41,507 nucleotides of DNA. Source: an uncultured Phycisphaera sp. (GTDB taxonomy: Bacteria; Planctomycetota; Phycisphaerae; Phycisphaerales; Phycisphaeraceae). Positions 24,498-32,584 of this stretch are shown one piece after another. The notes under the pieces were generated by a model. That model worked only from the letters and a program-made list of their open reading frames with translations. It was not told the DNA's origin and did no database searches. Position numbers and translations under genes: made by a program. Numbering within the stretch: the stretch's first letter is position 1; each line of letters starts with the position of its first letter. Where the stretch lies: contig CAZIXN010000002.1 of assembly GCA_964543215.1 (NCBI GenBank), positions 1 to 41,507 on the forward strand. Direction: 5' to 3'.

Positions 24498-26273
24498 ATG
24501 CGTTCAGCGATTCTCTGTCGGTCCAAGCCCTGGCCTGCCGCGCTCGCGATCGGGTGTGCCTGCGTGGTGCCTTTTGGCCAGTCGCAGACGGTCACGCTGG
24601 ACCGGATTCTGGAAGAAACCAGCACGCCCCCGGGCTACGAAACCCCGATCACGTCCCTGAGCGGCGCGGACACCGCGAGCAACGGCCGAACCGTCGTGGT
24701 CAGCGAGAATTTCGTGCCGGCCGATTTTGTGACCACGTTTCTGGACACCGAGCGCGACCGGGTCTTCGGCGGTCTTCCCGGGGCCACCGGCATCCTCTTC
24801 GCCGACGAAACTTCCCGGGCCGGTCGCTTTCAGCGGGGTCTGGGCGGGGCCCAGATCAACGCGGCGGGCGCGGTGGCCTACGGCGCCTCGCCCAACGATG
24901 AGGACCTCAACTCGGGCGGCCCGGACGACGGCGTGTTCTTCCGCAGCAGCACCGGCACCGACCTGTTCTTTGGAGCCGAGATCGAATCCGTGCCCGCCGG
25001 CTACGGCCTGCCGGGGGCCACGCAGTTCCGCTCGCTGGACCTGATCGACCTCGCTGACGACGGAAGTGTTTACATCAGAGCCACTTACGCAACCACGTTC
25101 ACCGCCACGCTCAATGCCCCGGGCACCAGCCGCGACGGGCAATCCGGCATCCGCTACGACCAGGCGCTGCTCCGCTGGAACCCCACCGCCGGCACCGCCA
25201 CGCCCGTCCTTAAAACCGGCGACACGATCGACTTCGGGCCCGACCCCGACCAAACCGTCCTCTGGAACGCCATCCAGCCTGCCGGAAGTTCCTCTCGCAT
25301 CGACGTCGCGTCGCTGGGCAGTTTCGACGTCGCCCGCACCGCCACCGGCGACCAATCCATCGCCGTGCTGGATATCAACGACATCGCGGCCTTCGGCCTG
25401 AGCACCATCGGCTCGGGAGCCCACTTCACCAACCAACTCGTGGTCAACAATGTCGCCGCCCGACTCGGCGACGGCACGCTGATCCAGACCGATGTCCTCG
25501 TCCCCACCGCCTTCGGGGGCGACGGCGCGGTCGCCGTCATCGAGGGCATCGGCAACAACGTCATCAACGCCGCCGGCTCGTGGGCCACCCTGCTCACCAT
25601 CGGCGACCCCAACGCCAACAGCAGCACCGACCCCTTCGCCACTCAAGTCGTCATCCGTGACGGCGGACTGGCCTACACCCTCGGCGACGTCGTTGACGGC
25701 ATCTCGCTGGACCAGAACTTCGAACGCTTCGCTCTCAACGACGACGGCGACTTCGCGTTCCTCCACGGCGACACCCTGTTCTTCAACGACCAGGCGATCG
25801 CCGCCCCCGGCCTGGCGATCCAACAGGGCGGATCGCTCGCCAGCTTCTCGTTCAGCTTCTCCATGAGCGATCGCATCGCCGACGCCGGCGGGGAAAAAGT
25901 CATCTTCAACTTCCTGGGACGCGACAACACCGACCCCACCGGCACCCCCATCGGCGACGACCTCTACACCCTCACCCTTCAACTCGCCGCCGCCCTCGCC
26001 GGGGACTACAACGACTCCGGCTCCGTCGAACAGGGCGACCTGGACCTCGTGCTCAACAACTGGGGCGGACCCCGCACCGCCGGCTTCGTCGCCAACGCCG
26101 ATGGCTTCGCCACCGCCAACGTGGATCAGGAAGAACTCGACCGCGTCCTGAACAACTGGGGCAGCAGCAACGCCCCGGCGTTCGGTCAATTTTCGGTGCC
26201 CGAGCCCGCGGTCGGTATTTTTCTTGCCGCATTTGCCGCTTTTGGCTTGACGCGCCCCCGCAGCGTGGGGTAA
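24498..26273 (+). CDS. PEP-CTERM protein with NxxGxxAF-type (choice-of-anchor) tandem repeats and dockerin-like repeats
   Basis: ATG at 24498 with a signal peptide. Recurring repeats include INAAGAVAYGA, LADDGSVYIRA, INAAGSWATLL and LNDDGDFAFLHG. The C-terminus reads GDYNDSGSVEQGDLDLVLNNWG...NVDQEELDRVLNNWG...VPEPAVGIFLAAFAAFGLTRPRS. Confidence 0.75.
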   Translation: MRSAILCRSKPWPAALAIGCACVVPFGQSQTVTLDRILEETSTPPGYETPITSLSGADTASNGRTVVVSENFVPADFVTTFLDTERDRVFGGLPGATGILFADETSRAGRFQRGLGGAQINAAGAVAYGASPNDEDLNSGGPDDGVFFRSSTGTDLFFGAEIESVPAGYGLPGATQFRSLDLIDLADDGSVYIRATYATTFTATLNAPGTSRDGQSGIRYDQALLRWNPTAGTATPVLKTGDTIDFGPDPDQTVLWNAIQPAGSSSRIDVASLGSFDVARTATGDQSIAVLDINDIAAFGLSTIGSGAHFTNQLVVNNVAARLGDGTLIQTDVLVPTAFGGDGAVAVIEGIGNNVINAAGSWATLLTIGDPNANSSTDPFATQVVIRDGGLAYTLGDVVDGISLDQNFERFALNDDGDFAFLHGDTLFFNDQAIAAPGLAIQQGGSLASFSFSFSMSDRIADAGGEKVIFNFLGRDNTDPTGTPIGDDLYTLTLQLAAALAGDYNDSGSVEQGDLDLVLNNWGGPRTAGFVANADGFATANVDQEELDRVLNNWGSSNAPAFGQFSVPEPAVGIFLAAFAAFGLTRPRSVG

Positions 26274-26352
26274 TTTTGGCACGACTCTGCAGATGGCGTT
26301 GGCCATCGTCGCTTGTATTTCGGGCTTCATCATCACGGAAGGAAGAGAAAAG

Positions 26353-27408
26353 ATGGTTTCCACTCGTACCGCTCTCATTGCTTCGGCCGCCTCGGCCGCC
26401 CTGTCCCTCGCGGCGGGCTCCGCCTCGGCCAACTACATCCAACTCATCGGCCTGCCCGCCCTGAAGTCCACCGGCGGCGGCGGCCTCGTCTCGGGCACCA
26501 TCGACGGCAACCAGGGCTACGCCATCATGAACAGCTCGGGCGGCGGCTCCGCCCAGGTCGTCCGCATCGACGACATCGGCGGCGCGAACAACGTCATCCA
26601 GCTCACCGACCTCGCCGCGTTCTCCGCCGCCAAGGGCTCGCCCGTCACCAACATCGCCGGCAGCATCTTCGACAACGGCAACTCCCTCTACATCAGCGAT
26701 ATCACCAACGACGCCATCTGGACCATCAGCAAAGCCAACGGCGCGATCCTGCAACTCGTCGACCTCGCCGTCGCCAACCCCACCGTCAACCCCTTCTCGC
26801 AGTTCGGCTCCGTCGACATCGACGGCGACCTGGTCTACTACGAAGGCGGCAAGGACACGCTCGATAAGACCACCGGCTTCCTCAACGGCTTCACCACCGT
26901 TCTCACCGACACGCAACTGACCACCTTCACCGGCGACGATACCCCCGCCGGCCTGGGCATCAGCAGTTCCGGCGTGTACTACTTCGGCCAGAGCGGCACG
27001 GTCGACAGAGGAATCTTCTTCTACAATCCCAGCACCAACACCGGCGGCACGCTGCTCACCCAAGACCAGCTCGTCGGCGTGGGTAACACCCCTACCGTCA
27101 GCGCCACCGCCTTCACCGTCCTCAACGACACCATCTATCTCCGCGACGGCGGCACCAACGACGCCTTCCTGGCCGTCGACCTCTCCAGCAACGCCGTCAC
27201 CACCGTCCTCGACGAACTCCAGCTCACCGCCGGCCCGGCGGCCAGCGACGGCGCTCAGGACTTCGCCCTGTGGAACGGCCAGCTCGCCTGGACCCAGACC
27301 AGCGCCGCCGGTGGCCAGATCGTCGGCTTCTACGCCATCCCCGAACCCGGCACCGCCGCCCTCATGGGCCTGGGTGGCCTGGTCATGCTGCGTCGCCGCT
27401 CGGCGTAA
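26353..27408 (+). CDS. PEP-CTERM sorting-domain protein (secreted, repeat/beta-propeller-like)
   Basis: ATG at 26353, signal peptide MVSTRTALIASAASAALSLAAGSASA. The C-terminus is IPEPGTAALMGLGGLVMLRRRSA. Confidence 0.75.
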   Translation: MVSTRTALIASAASAALSLAAGSASANYIQLIGLPALKSTGGGGLVSGTIDGNQGYAIMNSSGGGSAQVVRIDDIGGANNVIQLTDLAAFSAAKGSPVTNIAGSIFDNGNSLYISDITNDAIWTISKANGAILQLVDLAVANPTVNPFSQFGSVDIDGDLVYYEGGKDTLDKTTGFLNGFTTVLTDTQLTTFTGDDTPAGLGISSSGVYYFGQSGTVDRGIFFYNPSTNTGGTLLTQDQLVGVGNTPTVSATAFTVLNDTIYLRDGGTNDAFLAVDLSSNAVTTVLDELQLTAGPAASDGAQDFALWNGQLAWTQTSAAGGQIVGFYAIPEPGTAALMGLGGLVMLRRRSA

Positions 27409-27417
27409 ACTCGCCGG

Positions 27418-28596
27418 ATGGCCCGCGACCCCAACCCCACCACCCTTCACAACCCCGCGCTCATCCGCGGGGTTGTTTTTTGCCTGCTCCTGCTCACGCT
27501 CGGGCCGGCCGGTGCTGAGGTCTTCGTCTCACCCAACCAGCTCGCCCAGCGCATCGCCGCCGAAGCGCAACGCATCAACCAACCCGCCCACTCCGACGAA
27601 GCCCGCGCCGAAGGCACCTGGCACGCCGGCGTGCGCCCGCTGGTGATCGTCCACGTCGGGCACGGCCGGGGCGGCTACGACCGCGGCCACCTACCCGGTG
27701 CCGTCTATGTCGAAGGCCGCGACATGTACGCCACCCGCGACGGCCACGACACGCTCCTGCCCACCGCCAAAGACTTCGCCGCCTGGCTGAGGTCGCACGG
27801 CCTGGGACCGGACATGGACCTGCTGCTCTACGGCGACGCGGCCGGCATCTTTCCGGCCCGCGTCTACCTCGGCCTGACCCTGCTGGGCCTCGACGAACAC
27901 ACCCGCCTGCTCGACGGCCACCTCCGCGAGTGGGTCGCGCAGGGCCGGGCGACGACCACCGACGCAACACAGCGCGAGCCGGTGGTCGTCCAACCCCCGC
28001 GATACACAAGCCACCGCGTGCTGCGGGAAGGGCTCGCGCTACACCTCTTCAACCTTTACGACCAAAGACAACGCGACGCGGAACGCGAACGGACCGCGCA
28101 AATCATCGAGCCCGTTGCCCGTGTCCCGCTTACGCCCGTGGTGCTCGACGCACGCAGCCCCGATGCGTTCGCCGGCGACAAGCGGCTCCCGGACACCGAG
28201 CAGCGCGGCCATGTGCCGCTGTCCGTGAACCTGCCCTGGCGCGACCTGGTTCCCGACATCAACCGGCCGACGATCGTGCCCGATGCGGAAGCGCGGATTC
28301 TCACGGCCGTGCGTCACGGATTGGAAGCGCGGCAGCCACACCCACAGACAAGACCTCTGATGCTCCTGCGTGAAGCAGAGGGTCACCCATTCGCCGACGA
28401 TCTGCGTATGCAGGCGAAGTTTCTGCAATCGATCATCGTCACCGACGACCGAGGCAACGGATCGGCCGTGCTCTATGCGATCCTCCGGCATCACGGCTGG
28501 CAGGCGATTTGGGACGAACGCGGGCTGCCGGGCTACGTTGCGCAGGGTGGCCGGCTCATTGTCCCCCCAGCCCCTTCAACCGACGCCAAGCCTTGA
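27418..28596 (+). CDS. tandem rhodanese-like domain protein lacking the catalytic cysteine
   Basis: GHLPGAVYV and GHVPLSVNLPW are rhodanese motifs. The active-site loop positions read LLYGDAAGIFPAR and IIVTDDRGNGSAV, with Asp where Cys is expected. An N-terminal signal/TM segment is present. Confidence 0.65.
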   Translation: MARDPNPTTLHNPALIRGVVFCLLLLTLGPAGAEVFVSPNQLAQRIAAEAQRINQPAHSDEARAEGTWHAGVRPLVIVHVGHGRGGYDRGHLPGAVYVEGRDMYATRDGHDTLLPTAKDFAAWLRSHGLGPDMDLLLYGDAAGIFPARVYLGLTLLGLDEHTRLLDGHLREWVAQGRATTTDATQREPVVVQPPRYTSHRVLREGLALHLFNLYDQRQRDAERERTAQIIEPVARVPLTPVVLDARSPDAFAGDKRLPDTEQRGHVPLSVNLPWRDLVPDINRPTIVPDAEARILTAVRHGLEARQPHPQTRPLMLLREAEGHPFADDLRMQAKFLQSIIVTDDRGNGSAVLYAILRHHGWQAIWDERGLPGYVAQGGRLIVPPAPSTDAKP

Positions 28597-29023
28597 GGTA
28601 TTTCTCGACGCGCTGGCCGTCCTTGTCCTTCCACGTCGGCAGTCGGCGAACATCCAGATTGTCTTCCAGATCCGCGAGCTTCACCTGCCTACCCAGCGGA
28701 TCGGCCGCGCTGCGCTCCACGAAATCGGCGTAGTCCTCGCCGTCGCGCTTGGTGACGCTGGCAATGGCCGTCAGCACATCCTCCGCAAAACCTTCCTCGC
28801 GCAACTGCTCGAACGTCCACGACGTGTCTTCCACCACATCGTGCAGAATGGCGACGATCCGCAGCTTCTCCAGCTCGTCGCCCGCCGGGGCACCGGGGCC
28901 TTGCGACAGCGAGAGCATCACCCGCATGGGGTGCAGGATGTACGGGTCGCCGTTGCGCTGCGTCTGGCCTTCGTGGGCCGTCACCGCAATCGTGATCGCG
29001 CGCTCAAGGTTCATCGATCCCAC
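28556..29023 (-). CDS. HD-domain (p)ppGpp hydrolase-like protein (RelA/SpoT hydrolase domain only; small alarmone hydrolase-like)
   Basis: AITIAVTAHEGQTQRNGDPYILHPMRV...VAILHDVVEDT matches the SpoT/Mesh1 HD signature (AH.GQ.R..G.PY..HP....LHD..EDT). Start is GTG at 29023 or ATG at 29014. The 3' end overlaps the convergent rhodanese gene by 41 nt. Confidence 0.75.
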   Translation of the reverse strand: MGSMNLERAITIAVTAHEGQTQRNGDPYILHPMRVMLSLSQGPGAPAGDELEKLRIVAILHDVVEDTSWTFEQLREEGFAEDVLTAIASVTKRDGEDYADFVERSAADPLGRQVKLADLEDNLDVRRLPTWKDKDGQRVEKYLKAWRRLKGLGGQ

Positions 29024-29036
29024 TGTAGCCGCGACG

Positions 29037-29786
29037 CTAAGCGTGGGGGGCCGTCAACGCCGCAAGCACCGCCCCCCGCCGCGCCCCCATCGCCGTACAC
29101 CGCAGCGCCGGCGTCCGCAGCGCCGGTTCCTTGGGGCAGTCCGCCGTCGGGTCGGCGCCGAGTTCCAGCAACACCAGCGCCGCCGCGTTCGCGTCCGCAT
29201 CGCTCACGCCGTCCGCCGACCGGATCGCCTCGTGCAGCGCCGTCCGTGCGTTGGCGTTCCTGGCTTCCACATCCGCCCCCGCTTCAACCAGTCGCCGCAC
29301 CGCCGCCGCGTGGCCGTGCCGCGCGGCCAGGTGCACCGGCCGATCGTTGCGCGCGTCCAGCACGTCCGCATCCGCGCCCGCCGCCAACAGCAGTTCGATC
29401 ACGGCGAGGTGCCCACTCTCGGCGGCAAAGTGCAGCGGCGTCCGCCGCGCGTGCATCGGCGTGGCGAACCGCGTGCGACACTCCGGCCGAATCCCGCGCC
29501 CCAGCAACTCCGACACCACCGCCGCATGCCCCGGCGACCCGCCCGACGCCACGAAATGCAGCGGCATCCACATCTCCAGCCCCCACGGCCGGTCCTGCGA
29601 CAGAAACTGATTCGCCCGCCCCGGCCGATCGTCCAGAAACCCGCGCACCGCCTCAAGATCCCCCTCCATCAGCGCCGCCGCCCACGCCTCCGCCGACCGC
29701 GCCCGCAGATGTTCGCGCGCCTCGGCCTGCACCGCCGGGCTTTCGTCGTGCTCGTGGTCGTGGTGATGGTCGTGGTCGTCGTGCAT
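29037..29786 (-). CDS. ankyrin-repeat protein with a His/Asp-rich N-terminus
   Basis: ATG at 29786 (MHDDHDHHHDHEHDE...). ANK repeats include TPLHFAAESGHLAVIELLLAAGADADVLD, RPVHLAARHGHAAAVRRLVEAGADVEARN and TALHEAI. Confidence 0.8.
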   Translation of the reverse strand: MHDDHDHHHDHEHDESPAVQAEAREHLRARSAEAWAAALMEGDLEAVRGFLDDRPGRANQFLSQDRPWGLEMWMPLHFVASGGSPGHAAVVSELLGRGIRPECRTRFATPMHARRTPLHFAAESGHLAVIELLLAAGADADVLDARNDRPVHLAARHGHAAAVRRLVEAGADVEARNANARTALHEAIRSADGVSDADANAAALVLLELGADPTADCPKEPALRTPALRCTAMGARRGAVLAALTAPHA

Positions 29787-29880
29787 CGATCCTCCCGCCC
29801 GTCCTACAGTCCGAGAACCGCGCCGAACCGGTGCGCTGCCCACCCACGCAATCGCTGGCGGCGCAGGCACGGCGTGGCCG

Positions 29881-31860
29881 ATGCTAGTGCGCCACGCATC
29901 TTTTTTCCCCTTCCGTCCACCCCGTCTGTTTTTTGGAGGACCCCCGGTGACGACCGACCCCACGACCGCACCGGACCCCACGCCCGAAGTCAACGACGAC
30001 GACGGCATCTACGACATCTCCGGCGAGCCGCAGACCTCCACCAACCCCCGCATCGCCGCGCTGGCCAACCGCCGCCGCGCCGACCCGCTCCTGCTGGAAA
30101 TCGCCTGGGAAGCCTGCAACCAGGTCGGCGGCATCTACACCGTCCTGCGCTCCAAAATCCCCACCATGCTCCGCCGATGGGGCAACTCCCGCTACTGCCT
30201 GGTCGGCCCGTACCAGCACCGCAGCGCGCAGGTCGAGTTCGAACCCGCGCCGCTCGTAGGCCCCATGGGCAAGGCCGTCCAACGCATGCGCGAAATCGGC
30301 ATCGGCGCGGAATACGGACGATGGCTCGTCACCGGACGACCCCACATCGTCCTGCTCCACCTGCCCGACACCAAGCGCTACCTCGACGACATCAAGTACC
30401 GACTCTGGGCCGACCACCACATCCCCAGCCCCAACCACGACCCGCTCGTCGACGACGTCATCGCCTTCTCCGAGTCCATCCGCGTCCTGCTCACCGTGCT
30501 CGGCGAACAGGAAGGCCACCGACGCAAGATCATCGCCCACGTCCACGAATGGATGGCCGGCGGATGCATCCCCATGCTCCGCAAGGAAAACTGGCCCGGC
30601 TCGCTGGTGTTCACCACCCACGCCACGCTGCTGGGCCGGTACCTCGCCACGCATAACCCGGTCTACTACGACCACCTCCCGTTCTTCAACACCGCCCAGG
30701 AAGCCAAGCACTACAACGTCGAAGCCCAGCACGGCCTCGAACGCGCCGCCGCCCACGGAAGCCACGTCTTCTCCACCGTCTCGGACGTCACCGCCTACGA
30801 GTGCGAACACATCCTCGGCCGAAAGTGCGACGTCGTCCTGCCCAACGGCATCAACATCGAACGCTTCGCCGCCGTCCACGAGTTCCAGCACCTCCACGAC
30901 CAGTACAAGCAGCGCTTGCACGAATTCACCATCGGGCACTTCTTCCCCCACTACACCTTCGACCTGGACCAGACCCTCTACGCCTTCACCGCCGGCCGGT
31001 ACGAATACCGCAACAAGGGCATGGACCTCACCATCGAAGCCCTCGCCCGTCTCAACCACCGGCTCAAGGCCGCGCAAGCGCCCGTCACGCTGATCTTCCT
31101 GATCATCACCAAAGCCCCCCACCGCGCGATCAACATCGAGCAGATGCACAACGCCGCCGCCCTCCAGGACTTCCGAAAAATCATCGGCAAGTACCAGGAA
31201 CAGATCGGCGAAAAACTCTTCTTCGAAGCCACCGCCGGCCGCATCCCCGACCTCAACCTCCTCGTCGACGACTACTGGCGGCTCCGCCTCCGCCGCAACC
31301 AGCAGGCGTGGAAACGCCCCGGCCTGCCGCCCATCGTCACCCACGACCTCGAAGACGACGCCAAGGACCCCGTCCTCAACCAGCTCCGCGGCTGCGGACT
31401 CTTCAACGCTCAGGACGACAAGGTCAAAGTCGTCTTCCACCCCGACTTCGTCACCGCCACCAACCCGCTGTTCGGCCTGGACTACGACCAGTTCGTCCGC
31501 GGCTGCCACCTGGGCGTCTTCCCCAGCTACTACGAACCGTGGGGATACACCCCGCTCGAATGCATCGCCTCGGGCGTCCCCGCCGTCACCTCCGACCTCT
31601 CGGGCTTCGGCAGCTACGTCCAGCACCTCCAGCTCGGCGCCGCCGGCCCGGGCCTGCACATCAACCCAAGACGCGGCCACCACCCCAACGATTCCGCCGA
31701 AGCACTCACGCATTACCTCCTGGAGTTCTGCCAGACCTCCCGACGCGACCGCATCAACCTCCGCAACGCCGTCGAAGACTTCGCCCAGCACTTCGACTGG
31801 AACAACCTCGGCCGACGCTACGACGAAGCCCACGGCCTGGCGATGGACCGGCTGGGGTAG
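29881..31860 (+). CDS. glycogen synthase, eukaryotic-type GT3 family
   Basis: LLLEIAWEACNQVGGIYTVLRSKIPTMLRRWGNSRYCLVGPY closely resembles the GT3 N-terminus (yeast/animal EVA.EV.NKVGGIYTVL.SKA). The C-terminus VFPSYYEPWGYTPLECIASGVPAVTSDLSGFG also matches. Confidence 0.85.
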   Translation: MLVRHASFFPFRPPRLFFGGPPVTTDPTTAPDPTPEVNDDDGIYDISGEPQTSTNPRIAALANRRRADPLLLEIAWEACNQVGGIYTVLRSKIPTMLRRWGNSRYCLVGPYQHRSAQVEFEPAPLVGPMGKAVQRMREIGIGAEYGRWLVTGRPHIVLLHLPDTKRYLDDIKYRLWADHHIPSPNHDPLVDDVIAFSESIRVLLTVLGEQEGHRRKIIAHVHEWMAGGCIPMLRKENWPGSLVFTTHATLLGRYLATHNPVYYDHLPFFNTAQEAKHYNVEAQHGLERAAAHGSHVFSTVSDVTAYECEHILGRKCDVVLPNGINIERFAAVHEFQHLHDQYKQRLHEFTIGHFFPHYTFDLDQTLYAFTAGRYEYRNKGMDLTIEALARLNHRLKAAQAPVTLIFLIITKAPHRAINIEQMHNAAALQDFRKIIGKYQEQIGEKLFFEATAGRIPDLNLLVDDYWRLRLRRNQQAWKRPGLPPIVTHDLEDDAKDPVLNQLRGCGLFNAQDDKVKVVFHPDFVTATNPLFGLDYDQFVRGCHLGVFPSYYEPWGYTPLECIASGVPAVTSDLSGFGSYVQHLQLGAAGPGLHINPRRGHHPNDSAEALTHYLLEFCQTSRRDRINLRNAVEDFAQHFDWNNLGRRYDEAHGLAMDRLG

Positions 31861-31869
31861 AATCCAGGC

Positions 31870-32088
31870 ATGGCCCGACACACCGTCGATATTCCAGACG
31901 AGGTCACCCAACGGCTTCGCGTCGAAGCCGATCGCAGCGGGCGATCCGTCGACGAACTCATGCTCGAAGCAATCGCGTGTTGGATCAGAGCCGCGGATGA
32001 TCCGCTGTTCACCGACGACTTCACATTCGATTCCGGGCGATCGGACCTCTCCACCAACCACGACGACCTGGGCGGCGACTCGCTTTGA
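31870..32088 (+). CDS. vapB: ribbon-helix-helix (CopG/VapB-like) antitoxin
   Basis: MARHTVDIPDEVTQRLRVEADRSGRSVDELMLEAI is an RHH pattern. The protein is 72 aa. The stop overlaps the downstream PIN gene start (TTGA). Confidence 0.7.
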   Translation: MARHTVDIPDEVTQRLRVEADRSGRSVDELMLEAIACWIRAADDPLFTDDFTFDSGRSDLSTNHDDLGGDSL

Positions 32089-32501
32089 ACGGTGCCTTCG
32101 TCGATACCGGAGCGTGGTTGGCCAGGTTCAATCCCCGAGACGAGCACCACGACTCGGCGATGCGTCTCTGGCTCTACCTCCGAAGCCGATCACTTGTCAC
32201 CACCTCACTGGTCGTCGCCGAACTGGCGACCCATCTGCATCGTCTCGGCGTCGATGGCGGCTCCATCGCACAAAGACTCCGAATCATCTGCGAATCTCCG
32301 GCCATCGACATCATCCGCCACAACCGCCACGACGAACTCGAAGCCCTCCGACTCATCGAAAACTTCGCGGACCCACAGCTAGGCTTTGTCGATGCGGTGA
32401 GCTTCGCCGTCATGCGAAGGCTGGACCTCAACGAGGCCTTCACGTACGACCGCCACTTCGACCTCCTTGGTTTCTCCCGCCTGCCCTTAACCCGCCCGTG
32501 A
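32085..32501 (+). CDS. vapC: PIN-domain toxin VapC
   Basis: FVDTGAWLARFNPRDEHH carries the first acidic residue. LVTTSLVVAELATHL, FVDAVSFAVMRRL and the C-terminal AFTYDRHF are also present. TTG start at 32085. Confidence 0.75.
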   Translation: MNGAFVDTGAWLARFNPRDEHHDSAMRLWLYLRSRSLVTTSLVVAELATHLHRLGVDGGSIAQRLRIICESPAIDIIRHNRHDELEALRLIENFADPQLGFVDAVSFAVMRRLDLNEAFTYDRHFDLLGFSRLPLTRP

Positions 32502-32584
32502 TTCCCGCAGCCCCCCTCCTCGCCGCCGCCGCCCCCGCCGCCTCCGACCTGCCCGCCATCGGGTGGAACGCCACCAACGGCACG

